A stretch of 64,000 nucleotides of DNA from NCBI GenBank assembly GCA_001771135.1, contig MESW01000002.1, positions 5,315-69,314 on the forward strand, given 5' to 3'. This stretch comes from a candidate division CPR3 bacterium GWF2_35_18 (GTDB lineage: Bacteria; Patescibacteriota; CPR3; GWF2-35-18). The position numbers and the translations under genes were made by a program. The notes beneath the pieces were generated by a model, which was not told the DNA's origin, searched no databases, and was given only the letters and a program-made list of their open reading frames with translations. Positions 38,910 through 49,720 of the stretch are shown here, in pieces. How positions within the stretch are numbered: the stretch's first letter is position 1; each line of letters opens with the position of its first letter.

Positions 38910-40664
38910 TTACAGGGTTACCTGAATCTGATTGCTATAAGTCCCACATTTTCCAAGCAAATATTCACAAACTCGGACATAATACTTTCCATTCCCGGAA
39001 AAAGCTTCTAAAACATCTGTTGAAGTTTCAGGGTTATTGTAGTAGTGATATTTATCCCCTTGACGGTTTGGATATACTGGATTGGTATTCTTTGACCACA
39101 CGACCTTGAATCCGTATTGTGCTTCACCTGTTGCCACCCAGGAAACATTTTTCCCGGTTCCACTTAAGACAATTGAGGTTACTTGAGAAACTGGTTCCTC
39201 TTTCTCTTCTTCAACCTCTTTGATAGTTGTGATGGTAATCATATTACTATAAACCCCACAGGCGCCATTACCATCGTATTGACAGACTCTGACATTATAA
39301 GTTTTTCCGTCTTTGACACTCCAAGTATAGGTGTAGGGATTTGTTTTAGATTCTCCGGAAAGATATGAATAATCACTTCCAGGGTAGGTTGGTGTTCCGG
39401 TTTCAGACTTTACCACCTTGAATCCTTTAGTAACATCTAAATTCGTAACGGTCCAGCTTAGGTTCATTCCATATTGATTAGCCTTACCGTTTAGACTAAT
39501 TGATCCATTTTGATTCTGATTTTCATTCTCTTCCTGATTTTGTGTTTCTCCATTATTTTCTTCCTGTTCTTGTTCTTGAGCGTTGCGAATGATTTTTAAT
39601 TCTTTAGTTGCAGTATTATAGGCTTGATCTTTTACCATGATCGTAATGATATTTTCTCCTAAGGTCAGAGCAACTTCTTCTTCAAAATTACCTTCCTTAT
39701 TTTCAGTTATTTCACCATTAACTTTTATTAATGCTTCTTTCTCAGTAGTTCCTTTTATGGTGATTGTTTCTTCAGTCGTAGTATTTTCAGTAGGGGAGGT
39801 AATGATAATTTCTGGAGCGGTAATATCATCTAGAATTCCGGTGTCTTCACCATTCTCCTCATCTTTTTCTTTGTTCCAGACCAGGAAATCATCATTTTTA
39901 AGAGAATCTTTGGAGATCTCTTCAATGGCTAATTTTTCAGATTCAATCTCGAAAGTCGCTTTTTCACCTTCACTGATTTCGGTATTATTCTTGTTTAATT
40001 TAACTTTACTTTCAATAACATTAACGGTGATATTTTTTTCCTCTTTTGAAACCGTATAAGCTGTTCCTTGTGCGGTAGCTTCGAGATCTCCCGCTTTGAC
40101 AGTGTATTCGCGGCTTTCTGATTTTGCCACACGATGATACGATTCTCCCGATTCTTCGGTAATGAGTACTTCGTTGGCAGTCATTGAAGTGAGGGTAATT
40201 TCCGTTTCTTCTTGAAGTCTGATAGCTCCACCATCGTCAAGCTCGAGAATTGTTCGTGATGCAGCAGAGGTTTTGACACTATCTCCTTCAGAAAGAACGT
40301 CATCAACTTTAAGTTCTATCCACCGATCGGTTCCGGATGTCTTATAAAGAACATCACCATCAGCCAAAAGCACATTTGCTTTTAACTTGTGTGAAAAGCT
40401 ACTTTTATTTGCGGTTAGATTATAGATAGATAATCCGGCAACAAATAGGACCATAATAAGAGAAGTTGCTAAAGCAGCTGAAAACGGAGCAATTCCGATT
40501 TTTTCTTTTAAGTTCATAAAAAAACCTCCTTTAGGTTTGAGATAAACTTTGATTAATTGATCTTTAAGATCATCTTGAAATTGATCACTAAGCTGATTTT
40601 CTTTGAGATCTGAAAGTTTTGATTTTGCAAATAACCCATGGAGGGTTAAATCTTCTTTATTCAT
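38910..40664 (-). CDS. Anti-sigma-factor-like protein: TM + FecR domain + Ig/FN3-like repeats
   Basis: GDSVKT...RL.E.T...ATAQGTAY...V.ESKV FecR pattern; two GFKVV.S....P.YP...Y.VRVC.Y...CG.YSN repeats; coupled to the ECF sigma gene. Confidence 0.8.
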   Translation of the reverse strand: MNKEDLTLHGLFAKSKLSDLKENQLSDQFQDDLKDQLIKVYLKPKGGFFMNLKEKIGIAPFSAALATSLIMVLFVAGLSIYNLTANKSSFSHKLKANVLLADGDVLYKTSGTDRWIELKVDDVLSEGDSVKTSAASRTILELDDGGAIRLQEETEITLTSMTANEVLITEESGESYHRVAKSESREYTVKAGDLEATAQGTAYTVSKEEKNITVNVIESKVKLNKNNTEISEGEKATFEIESEKLAIEEISKDSLKNDDFLVWNKEKDEENGEDTGILDDITAPEIIITSPTENTTTEETITIKGTTEKEALIKVNGEITENKEGNFEEEVALTLGENIITIMVKDQAYNTATKELKIIRNAQEQEQEENNGETQNQEENENQNQNGSISLNGKANQYGMNLSWTVTNLDVTKGFKVVKSETGTPTYPGSDYSYLSGESKTNPYTYTWSVKDGKTYNVRVCQYDGNGACGVYSNMITITTIKEVEEEKEEPVSQVTSIVLSGTGKNVSWVATGEAQYGFKVVWSKNTNPVYPNRQGDKYHYYNNPETSTDVLEAFSGNGKYYVRVCEYLLGKCGTYSNQIQVTL

Positions 40665-41230
40665 GATAGAATAACCTCCTTTTCTTTTGGGAAAAGGTTA
40701 ACATAGTGTTTTCTAAAAGCTTCAATACTGCGGTGTAGTTTTACATTCAAAGAATTTACGGTGATTCCTAGAATCTCGGCAATTTCGGGATTGCTAAGAT
40801 TTTCAAAAAATTTTAAAGCGAGTATCTGTTGGTAGTCTTCTTTAAGGTATTGTAATACTTGTCGTATTTGGTGATTATTATCAATTTTTTCTAAAATATC
40901 CGGATTTTTTGTTTCGGGAACATTTTTTATCTCGTCTAACGAAATTATCGCTTTATTTTTTTTGTAGTAATCACATAGTGAGTTGTGAGCAATTTTATAT
41001 AACCAGCTTCCAAAAGTGAAACCCTGGTATTTAAATTTATCTATTTTTTTCATGGCTTTCAAAAAAGTTTCCGAAGTGATATCTTCGGCTGTTTTTTTAT
41101 CTCCGACCCGGTTTAAAAGATAGCTGTAGATCTTGGGTAGGTAGTATTCGTACAGTTTAGAAAAAGCACTTAACGACTCTTTTGCCTTTTCTACCAGTAT
41201 TTTTTCTTCTGCGAGGGTAATTTTTTGCAT
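40661..41230 (-). CDS. ECF sigma factor
   Basis: AEDITSETFLKA, F.SWLYKIAHN and LS..EIAEILG; start placed at MQKIT (track start 41302). Confidence 0.92.
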   Translation of the reverse strand: MQKITLAEEKILVEKAKESLSAFSKLYEYYLPKIYSYLLNRVGDKKTAEDITSETFLKAMKKIDKFKYQGFTFGSWLYKIAHNSLCDYYKKNKAIISLDEIKNVPETKNPDILEKIDNNHQIRQVLQYLKEDYQQILALKFFENLSNPEIAEILGITVNSLNVKLHRSIEAFRKHYVNLFPKEKEVILS

Positions 41231-41366
41231 ATGTAAAATAATTACTATAAGTAACAACGATATCCTGGGATCTAAATTACAGTGTTTAAAGCTTAAAGTC
41301 AAAAATATAAAAATATATTTAGATACCTATCTTTACGAATGATATTTCATTTGTTAAACTGATATT

Positions 41367-43091
41367 ATGTCAAAAATTGATTTTACCTGGAAAATTGGCG
41401 GAGAAGCAGGTTTTGGAATCGCTTCCGCCGGTTTGATTTTTGCCAAAACTTTAAACCGATTAAACTATTATGTTTACGGTTACTTAGAATATCCTTCTTT
41501 AATTCGCGGTGGACATAATGTTTACGAGGTTCATGTTTCTGGTGAACCCGTTTATTCTCAAGAAAGACAGGTAGATCTTCTTGTCTGTTTAAATACCGAA
41601 ACCTTTAATCTGCATAAAAATGAGCTTAAAAAAGATGCGATTATTATATACGATCCTCTGAAAACTCAGGTAGAAGAGAGTGCTAACTACAAATTATATG
41701 CTGTAGAGGTCTCCAAAATTGTTAAAGAATTAGGCGGTCTCCCGGTTATGGAAAATAATCTTTTTGTCGGGATCTCCTTGGCTTTATTGCAAGCAGATAA
41801 AGAGGCTATTTTTGCAGTTGTTTCTGATATCTTCACTGATAAGGGAGAAGCGGTAATCTCTTTAAATGAAAAAATTATTGAAGCTGGTTACGATTTTGTT
41901 ACCGCTCATCCCTTTTCCTTTTCCCAAAAAATTGAAAAACTTGGAGAAAAGAACTCTTATGTTATGACTGGAAATGAAGCGATTTCTTTGGGAGCAATTG
42001 CTGCCGATTGCCGTTTATATGCTTCTTATCCGATGACTCCGGCTTCTTCAATTTTGCATATTCTAGCCGGTTACTCAAATACATCAAAGATGGTGGTGAA
42101 GCACGTAGGGGATGAAATAGAAGCTATCAATTTACTTGTAGGAGCTTCTTTTTCTGGAGTACGTTGTATGACTGGGACTTCCGGGGGAGGATTCGCACTT
42201 ATGAACGAAGGATTCGGACTAGCTGGAGTGACTGAAAGCGCTATGGTTTTAGTAATTTCACAACGACCTGGTCCAGCAACCGGTCTTCCTACTTGGACAG
42301 GGCAAGCCGACTTACAATTTGTGATTCATGCGGCACAAGACGAATTTCCACGTATCGTTTTAGCTCCAGGAGATGCTGAGGAAGCGTATAATCTGACTCA
42401 AGAAGCTTTTAATCTGGCAGATAAATATCAAACACCGGTTTTTGTACTTTCTGATAAATATTTGAGCGAAGGATTGTATTACTTGCAGAAGGAAAATTTA
42501 CAAAAGTTTCCGATTAATAGAGGGAAGTTGATCCCTAATGAAGAAATTAAGAACCAAACGAACTTCCTTCGTTATGCGGTTACAAAAGATGGTATTTCCC
42601 CTCGGTCTGTAGCCGGACAAGAGAATGGTGAATACCTTGCGAATTCTTATGAACATGATGAAAGAGGTTTTGCCACTGAAGATGCTATTGTTGTCAAAAA
42701 TCAAAAAGACAAACGTCAACAAAAATCTTTAAATTATTTAGATAATGATTTTGTCGGCCCATCTTTTTATGGGAATAAAGAAGCAGAATTAACCATAATT
42801 TCTTGGGGTTCAACCAAAGCTCCAGTTTTGGAGGCGATGAAAAATTTAGGCGATAAAGTTAACTTTATGCATTTTCATCATGTTTATCCTCTCAATTCAC
42901 AGCTTTTGAGTAAAATATTATCTCAAACGAAAAAATCACTGCTTCTGGAGGGAAATGGAACAGGACAATTTGGATTACTACTTCGTGAGCAAACCGGATG
43001 GCAATCCACTCATTTAATGTTGAAATATGATGGCCGACCGTTTTATCCGGAAGAAATTCAAGCTAAAATTAAAGAGATATTGGGAAATTAA
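41367..43091 (+). CDS. korA: 2-oxoacid:ferredoxin oxidoreductase alpha subunit
   Basis: GGEAGFGI, YPSLIRGGH, YPMTPAS, TSGGGF and QRPGPATGLPT. Confidence 0.93.
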   Translation: MSKIDFTWKIGGEAGFGIASAGLIFAKTLNRLNYYVYGYLEYPSLIRGGHNVYEVHVSGEPVYSQERQVDLLVCLNTETFNLHKNELKKDAIIIYDPLKTQVEESANYKLYAVEVSKIVKELGGLPVMENNLFVGISLALLQADKEAIFAVVSDIFTDKGEAVISLNEKIIEAGYDFVTAHPFSFSQKIEKLGEKNSYVMTGNEAISLGAIAADCRLYASYPMTPASSILHILAGYSNTSKMVVKHVGDEIEAINLLVGASFSGVRCMTGTSGGGFALMNEGFGLAGVTESAMVLVISQRPGPATGLPTWTGQADLQFVIHAAQDEFPRIVLAPGDAEEAYNLTQEAFNLADKYQTPVFVLSDKYLSEGLYYLQKENLQKFPINRGKLIPNEEIKNQTNFLRYAVTKDGISPRSVAGQENGEYLANSYEHDERGFATEDAIVVKNQKDKRQQKSLNYLDNDFVGPSFYGNKEAELTIISWGSTKAPVLEAMKNLGDKVNFMHFHHVYPLNSQLLSKILSQTKKSLLLEGNGTGQFGLLLREQTGWQSTHLMLKYDGRPFYPEEIQAKIKEILGN

Positions 43092-43095
43092 TTTT

Positions 43096-43953
43096 ATGGT
43101 CAAACAAGCTAACGATTACAATACAACTATTCGTCCTACCTGGTGTCCAGGATGTGGTAATTTTGGCATCTGGGCGGCAATTAAAAATGTTCTTGCCTCC
43201 AAAAATTGGGAAGGACATAATTACGTGATCGTGTATGGAGTAGGTTGTTCTGGTAACATGGCTGATTTTATCGGTGGATATGGTTTACACTCATTACATG
43301 GACGTTCTCTTCCCAATGCAGAAGGAATTAAGTTGGGAAATCATAATCTCCCGGTTATTTGTGTTGCCGGAGATGGTGACACCTATGGAGAGGCTGGGAA
43401 TCATCTTATTCATGCTGCTCGTGCAAATCATGATATTACTTTAATTGTGCATGATAATCGGATTTATGGACTGACAACCGGACAGGCTTCACCTACATCC
43501 GAACATGGATTCAAAGCAAAATCAACTCCCAATGGTTTGATTGAATATCCCGTAAATGGTTTAGCGCTGGCAATCTCTGAGGGAGCTACTTTTGTGGCTC
43601 AAGGTTTTGCCGGAGAGTTACAACATTTGACCGAAGTTATCAAAAAAGCAGTTGATCATAAAGGGTTTTCGATTGTAAATGTTTTTCAGCCTTGTGTGAC
43701 CTGGAATAAATTAGATACCTTTGCATACTTCAAGGAACATACTTATAAACTTGAAGAGGATAAGCATGATCGTCATAGTAAGATTAAAGCGATTGAGTTA
43801 ACTCTAGATAGAGAGAGATTACCTCTGGGAGTTTTGTATGAAGAAGAAAGGCCTGCTTATCACGAGCAGGAAGCTTCTTTACAGGAAGGAACTCTCATTT
43901 CAAGAAAAGATTATTCAGATTCGGTTACTGAGCTTTTTAAGGATTTCCGATAA
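43096..43953 (+). CDS. korB: 2-oxoacid:ferredoxin oxidoreductase beta subunit
   Basis: WCPGCGNF, GVGCS, LHGR, GDGD and DNRIYGLTTGQASPT; start placed at MVKQAN. Confidence 0.93.
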   Translation: MVKQANDYNTTIRPTWCPGCGNFGIWAAIKNVLASKNWEGHNYVIVYGVGCSGNMADFIGGYGLHSLHGRSLPNAEGIKLGNHNLPVICVAGDGDTYGEAGNHLIHAARANHDITLIVHDNRIYGLTTGQASPTSEHGFKAKSTPNGLIEYPVNGLALAISEGATFVAQGFAGELQHLTEVIKKAVDHKGFSIVNVFQPCVTWNKLDTFAYFKEHTYKLEEDKHDRHSKIKAIELTLDRERLPLGVLYEEERPAYHEQEASLQEGTLISRKDYSDSVTELFKDFR

Positions 43954-44075
43954 CATCTTTTCTTTCATTACCTGCTTTTCAATTCGATAATCAAAGCTGG
44001 ATATCCTGATTCTTCTATATATTTTGTAAGAAAATCTCCAAAAACTATTTTCGAAAGTAATGATTTGAATTTGGG

Positions 44076-45827
44076 CTATTCAAGTTTTAATTCCTTTCCT
44101 TGCTCCATGATAGTAAGAATATTTTTGACCTGTGTATCTGGATATAATTGATAAGTGATTCGGATATATTTTAAGCCTTCTGTAATCTTTCCGGTTTGAT
44201 ATAAAGAAATCGCCAAAGTATAGTTAAGTTTTAAGTTATATGGTCGATATTTGATTTGTTCTTCACAAAAGGTGATTACCTCAGAGTATTTTTTCTGACG
44301 GAAATAGAGGGAAGCAAGATTTTCAACCGCCAGATAGTAATCACCATTTTCAAGGGTCTTTTTATAGAGTTTTTCGGCTTCTTCTTCATCTCCTAATCTT
44401 TCGTAAATCACTCCGAGATTGCTATAGTTTGTAGTCCAGTTTGGAGCCAAAGCAATCGAATTTTCAAAATGGATCTTGGCTTCATCTTTTTTTCCACTAC
44501 GAAAAAGCTCTACTCCGTAGTTGTTTTGAAGATCAAAAGCCTCGGGGTTTAACTGAATATCATTAGTATATAAGGTTAAGCCGTTTTTCCAATTCTGATT
44601 TCTGATAATAGTTCGACCGGTAAGAAGAATGAGGATCGCTCCTAATATAAACGTGAGGAATAGTTTTCCGGATTCCTTTTTAACCTTCATCTTTGTAAAT
44701 ATTGTTGCTATCATTCCGAAGATTCCGATGATTGGGAAATAGAACCATCTTTCTGCTACTGTCATGTCCAGAGGAAACAGATTGAGAACTAAGGATAAAG
44801 AAAAACAGGTCCAGAGTAAAAAGAAAAGAAAAAGCTTGTCTTTTTGCAGTAATTTTATCCAGGTGTAGAGGATAACAATTGTAACGACAACTAGGATTGT
44901 TAGTATTCCCCAAAAATGCGGTTCAGTAATTTGTTTGACGACAAAATGTTGGGAAATAAATAAGTCTTTCGGAAAGAAAAAAAGACGTAGGTATGAAAAT
45001 AGTTCATAAGGTATTGTAATAATTCGTTCAAATAAAGAAGCTTGGGCAATCGGGACCACATGAGAACTTCCTAAGGACACCTTCGCGACAATAAAGCGTA
45101 AAAACAGATAAAAAAGTACGCTCGGAAAAGCCGAGAGAATCGGAAAAAGAATTTTTGGCCGAGCGAAAAGAAAGAAATAAAGAACAATAATCGGAATAAC
45201 GGTAATGGCTGACTCTTTCCCTATTAATCCCAGGAATAGAAAGAGAGAAAAGAGTAACCAATTAGATAGTTTATTATTTTCAAGATATTTTAGGGCAAAA
45301 ATAAAGGTAAGGAGACTAAAAAAAGTATAAATAACCTCTTGCGTGCTAGAAAGATAAGACACCGCTTCAGAGATTCCCGGATGTACGGTAAAAAATAGGG
45401 CAATTATAAAAGCCAGCATTTTACTATTTACTATTCTCTGAGATTCAAAAATCTTTATTAGAAGTTTAAAAAGTAGAATTGCATTAAGAAAGTGGAGGGT
45501 AATTTGAAAAAGATGGAAACCAAAGGCGTTATCACCCCAAATTGCAAAGTTGATCATAAAAGATAAGGGCATTAAAGGTTTGTAGTAGAGGCCAGATAGT
45601 GAGTCAGATCCAGCGGTATTGAACGTACTTCCACCAAAAAGATAGGGGAGATTTTCAATGTTTTGAATCAAAGTGTTATTTACAATTTGTTCTTCATCAT
45701 CCCAAACAAATCCATTTACTAGCGTATTTCCATAAGTAAGAAAACCGATGATAAAGATAATGAGAGAAAGTTTGAAAAAACTTAAGGTTTTTATTTTTGT
45801 AATGACAATTTGCAGGAATCTCGTCAT
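44076..45827 (-). CDS. TMTC-like GT-C glycosyltransferase with C-terminal TPRs
   Basis: FVWDD, YYKPL, HP..SEAV, KESA, AERWFY.P and R...WKN...L motifs, then TPRs. Confidence 0.85.
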   Translation of the reverse strand: MTRFLQIVITKIKTLSFFKLSLIIFIIGFLTYGNTLVNGFVWDDEEQIVNNTLIQNIENLPYLFGGSTFNTAGSDSLSGLYYKPLMPLSFMINFAIWGDNAFGFHLFQITLHFLNAILLFKLLIKIFESQRIVNSKMLAFIIALFFTVHPGISEAVSYLSSTQEVIYTFFSLLTFIFALKYLENNKLSNWLLFSLFLFLGLIGKESAITVIPIIVLYFFLFARPKILFPILSAFPSVLFYLFLRFIVAKVSLGSSHVVPIAQASLFERIITIPYELFSYLRLFFFPKDLFISQHFVVKQITEPHFWGILTILVVVTIVILYTWIKLLQKDKLFLFFLLWTCFSLSLVLNLFPLDMTVAERWFYFPIIGIFGMIATIFTKMKVKKESGKLFLTFILGAILILLTGRTIIRNQNWKNGLTLYTNDIQLNPEAFDLQNNYGVELFRSGKKDEAKIHFENSIALAPNWTTNYSNLGVIYERLGDEEEAEKLYKKTLENGDYYLAVENLASLYFRQKKYSEVITFCEEQIKYRPYNLKLNYTLAISLYQTGKITEGLKYIRITYQLYPDTQVKNILTIMEQGKELKLE

Positions 45828-45984
45828 GTAAGTTATTATATCCGAACTACTTTGATTTGTAACTGAAGATATTGTTATTTTGGAAAACAGTTATATATAC
45901 GTTATTTATTGACTTCTGAAAAAATAGTTGATACTTTTAATATGGTTTGAAATTTAATATTCTTTTTTCAAAAGGAGCCCCATT

Positions 45985-48900
45985 ATGAAGCTGCCTTCTT
46001 TTTCCAGAATCTCTCTTCGGAGATTATTTTCAGTTATCAGTATTTCATCATTAATAATTGGGACTCTATATTTTGGTAGTGGTCAAAGTAAAGCAGCTTC
46101 CACAATTTCTATTGTTTCTTCTTCAGCGACTAAAGGGGCAACAGTTAATTATGAAATTACGTTAACCTCATCGGTTACTATTCCACAGTTCTCGTATTTG
46201 AATATCTCACTGCGTGGTAATGGTCCTATGGAAGAAGGTTACGCCGCAGATTTCAGCTCTGCAATAATGACCTCTTTTTCTCCAAACGGAAAAGGTGAAT
46301 TTGATGATCAAAATTCACAAAGTGGAAATGTTGGAATAATTATTACTCAAGAGATTACTGCAAACACCGAAATTACCATTAATCTTTCTAATGTGAAAAA
46401 TCCAACTCAATCAGGACTCTATACTCCGGTTTTTGATGTGAACAATCAAGAGAATAAACTTCTTGAAGTTATGGGGCAACCACTTGTAATCGGTAATCTA
46501 AAAGTCCAAGGAAAAATCGAAGATCCTCTTGGTAATCCGGCTGCATATACAGGTTTAGGGTTAACAAATGAAACAAGTAATTACCAGGGAAATACAGGAG
46601 AAGATGGTTCTTTTGGATTTTTTGATATTCCAGCGGGAAATTATCAGCTACAGATTTATCTAGGGCCAGGAAGTCAATATATCTCTCCAGATCCTCAAGA
46701 AATTACGGTGGGTAACGGAGTAACTAATGTCGGAATTATTGCACTTGTTTCTCCTAGTAAACTTGTAACAGGTAAAGTTACTTATCCAGATGGTTCTCCA
46801 GTGACAACTGCTTCTGTAAATGCAAACCGACGTGGTGCTCCAGGGTGGTATGGATCAAATACTAATGCACAAGGTAATTTTAGCCTAGGTCTTCCTGGAG
46901 GCGAATTTGAAATAATGCTTAATCCTCAGTGGGGTCCAGAAGGACAACTTTCTGTTGATTGGGCTTATATGGGTAGACCAGTTACAATAGCTTTTGCCAA
47001 TGATACTATTTCTGAAACAAAATCAGGGGTAAATTTTCAAGTAGTAAATGCTTCTTCGGTTGTAAAGGGAAAAGTGGTTGATCCTGATGGAGTAGCTGTA
47101 TCTCAAGGTGGGGTAGATGTTCGTAATAAAGAAGGTCAAGGTAGCTCCGGTGGCTTTAACAATCAAGGTGTTTTTAGTATCAACGTTCCTGCAGGTAAAT
47201 ATAATATAAATGTTTTTGCAAATGATCAAAGCTTAGCTGTGCCTCCGATGGAATCATTTACAGTTGCTGAAGATCAAACCAAAGATTTAGGAACAATTAC
47301 TCTGGTTAGAAAAACTGCACATATAAAAGGAAAAGTCGTAGATGAAGATAATCAGGGAATTGCTGAAGTACAAATTAATGCTTGGCAATCGAGCACTGGT
47401 GGTGGATGGGGAAATACTCAGACAAATGGACAAGGAACATTTGATCTTTTAGTCTCGAGTGGTACGTGGGAAATAAATGCCATGCCTACTCCTGATCAGG
47501 ATTATGCTATGGCAGGTGGTCCTCCTACTAGAATAACTTTAGGAACAACAGATACCGTTACCGGTGTCAACTTCCATTTAATAACGGCTGACGCTACCAT
47601 TATTGGACAAGTTGTCGATAGTAATAATCAATTATTGGGGAATATCTATGGTTACGCTGAAGCAAGAAGTGCCTCTAAAGAAGAGATGCCAATGCCTGGG
47701 ATGGGAAGTTCTATTCAAAATGGTCAATTTACTCTCAAAGTTCCGGCTGGTACATATGAAGTGAGTGCGATGTTTGAACCGGGATCTCCATATACTTCCT
47801 TAAGTAGTGAAATGGTTACTGTTGCTTCCCAAGAAACTGAAAACGTTTTAGTCGTAGTACGAGAAGACGATGCTACTATTTCCGGATTTGTTTATGACGA
47901 AGAAGGAAATAAAATCACTGGTCAAAGAATAGATGTTTTTGGTTTTAATGATGAGAACTCTCAAAAGATGACGATGGTTGATGAAGAAACAGGGGGATAC
48001 ACTTTGGGTGTTCTTGGTGGATCAACTTGGTTTTTAGGTGTATATATTGATTCACAATCTGGATATGTAATGGTTCCACCAGATAATAATAAAATTACGC
48101 TTGAAGTTGGTGATACCGCAACTAAAGATTTTACTTTACTCACTGCCAATGCAACTCTTTCTGGAACTGTTTTGGATCCTGACGGAAATCCACTTCCAAA
48201 TGTATATGTTTTTATTGATTCAAAAGCAATTGATGATGGGACTGTATTAGGAGCGAGTAGTGTTCGGAGTGGAGAACCAGTTGGCGGTCCAGGTGATGTT
48301 TTAGGAGTTAATGACCATGTTGGAGGACCTGGAGATAATGGTGATGAGGGACCGGGAGTTCATTTTGGAGATCTTACTCGTTCAGACGGGACTTTTATAA
48401 TCTCTATTCCAGCGGGTACTTATGGTCTTGGATCTGGTGCTCCTTCCTCACTAGGATTTATCTCTCCAGGAATTCAAAAAGTCACAATTGAAAAAGATGA
48501 GGAAATTACTGATTTGGTTTTACAATACAAGGAATCGGATGCTCAAATTACAGGTTCAGTTTATTTAAATGGAGAAAAATCTTCCGCTTTTGTTTGGGCC
48601 TGGTCAGAATCAGGTGGTTTCTCTGGTAACTTTACATCAAGCGGGGATTTTACTTTAAATGTTACTCAAGGTGATATATGGCATATTGGTGCTGATTTTG
48701 ATACCAGCGAGCATTTTTACCGTTCAGATGAATATATTGTAGAGGTTGACTCAGAAATAGAAACTCAGGATCTTGTGTTACAAGAAGCTTCGTATACTAT
48801 GCCAGCATCAATTTCTCAGACCTTTGATGCTTCTACTCCCAAGGTTCTTACTTTGGATAATGGAATGACGATCACTATTCCAGCAGGAGCGTTGGCAACT

Positions 48901-49638
48901 GAAGGAAATGTAACTGTAACTGTAACTCCAACAGCAAGATTAGCAAAACAAAAATCTGCTAAACCCCTTGCCTTTGGATATGAACTTAAAGCTTATAATT
49001 CTTCCGGTCAAGAAATAACAACTGCTTTTAACTCAAGCGTTAATATTGTGATGCCTTATACTGAAGAGATGTTGGCAGAGATGGGTATTACCGAAGATGA
49101 TCTATCCGGTGCTTATTGGGATGATACTTCAACCTTATGGCAAGGAATTGAAAGCTATGTTGTTGATCAAGATAATAACAGAATTACTTTAACTGTTGAT
49201 CACTTCACAAGTTTTGCTTTGGTGACTGGAGCCTCTGATACTATCCCAGCAGCAGCGCCAACATCTGTTACAGTAACTGATCCTGAAACTGGTGGAGTGT
49301 TAAACATCGCTTGGGTTAATCCCATAGACACTGACTTTGAGGATATTAGAGTTTATCGCTCTACGGTTTTAGGAACGATTGGTGATTTGGTTACCAACAT
49401 TACCGATAGCAATACAAGTTATTCTGATACAAGTTTAACCAACGGAACAACATACTATTACACTGTTCGTTCTGTTGATGCTGCAGGAAACGAATCGTAT
49501 AACACGGATCAGTATTCAGGTGTTCCAACTCAAGCGCTAACAGAACTTCCAGAAACTGGATTAAGTATGCTAGTTCTAAAAGATTTGATCACAAAGTTAG
49601 TAAATATTATCTGGAATTTAGTTGGATTTGTCTTTTAA
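45985..49638 (+). CDS. Large surface protein: carboxypeptidase-regulatory-like repeats, FN3 domain, LPETG sorting signal
   Basis: Signal peptide; about 8 G.V.D..G.P...G.F...VP.G.Y repeats; VDHFTSFAL; YYYTVRSVD..GNES; LPETG. Confidence 0.88.
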   Translation: MKLPSFSRISLRRLFSVISISSLIIGTLYFGSGQSKAASTISIVSSSATKGATVNYEITLTSSVTIPQFSYLNISLRGNGPMEEGYAADFSSAIMTSFSPNGKGEFDDQNSQSGNVGIIITQEITANTEITINLSNVKNPTQSGLYTPVFDVNNQENKLLEVMGQPLVIGNLKVQGKIEDPLGNPAAYTGLGLTNETSNYQGNTGEDGSFGFFDIPAGNYQLQIYLGPGSQYISPDPQEITVGNGVTNVGIIALVSPSKLVTGKVTYPDGSPVTTASVNANRRGAPGWYGSNTNAQGNFSLGLPGGEFEIMLNPQWGPEGQLSVDWAYMGRPVTIAFANDTISETKSGVNFQVVNASSVVKGKVVDPDGVAVSQGGVDVRNKEGQGSSGGFNNQGVFSINVPAGKYNINVFANDQSLAVPPMESFTVAEDQTKDLGTITLVRKTAHIKGKVVDEDNQGIAEVQINAWQSSTGGGWGNTQTNGQGTFDLLVSSGTWEINAMPTPDQDYAMAGGPPTRITLGTTDTVTGVNFHLITADATIIGQVVDSNNQLLGNIYGYAEARSASKEEMPMPGMGSSIQNGQFTLKVPAGTYEVSAMFEPGSPYTSLSSEMVTVASQETENVLVVVREDDATISGFVYDEEGNKITGQRIDVFGFNDENSQKMTMVDEETGGYTLGVLGGSTWFLGVYIDSQSGYVMVPPDNNKITLEVGDTATKDFTLLTANATLSGTVLDPDGNPLPNVYVFIDSKAIDDGTVLGASSVRSGEPVGGPGDVLGVNDHVGGPGDNGDEGPGVHFGDLTRSDGTFIISIPAGTYGLGSGAPSSLGFISPGIQKVTIEKDEEITDLVLQYKESDAQITGSVYLNGEKSSAFVWAWSESGGFSGNFTSSGDFTLNVTQGDIWHIGADFDTSEHFYRSDEYIVEVDSEIETQDLVLQEASYTMPASISQTFDASTPKVLTLDNGMTITIPAGALATEGNVTVTVTPTARLAKQKSAKPLAFGYELKAYNSSGQEITTAFNSSVNIVMPYTEEMLAEMGITEDDLSGAYWDDTSTLWQGIESYVVDQDNNRITLTVDHFTSFALVTGASDTIPAAAPTSVTVTDPETGGVLNIAWVNPIDTDFEDIRVYRSTVLGTIGDLVTNITDSNTSYSDTSLTNGTTYYYTVRSVDAAGNESYNTDQYSGVPTQALTELPETGLSMLVLKDLITKLVNIIWNLVGFVF

Positions 49639-49668
49639 TTATAAGGGTTAAGAAAATGTTTTTAATTA

Positions 49669-49700
49669 AAGTTCAGACCCCTAAAAAGGGGTCTGAACTT
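49669..49700 (+). terminator. Hairpin/terminator between the surface protein and sortase genes
   Basis: AAGTTCAGACCCCT-aaaa-AGGGGTCTGAACTT. Confidence 0.7.
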
Positions 49701-49720
49701 GTTCTACCATATAAATCATA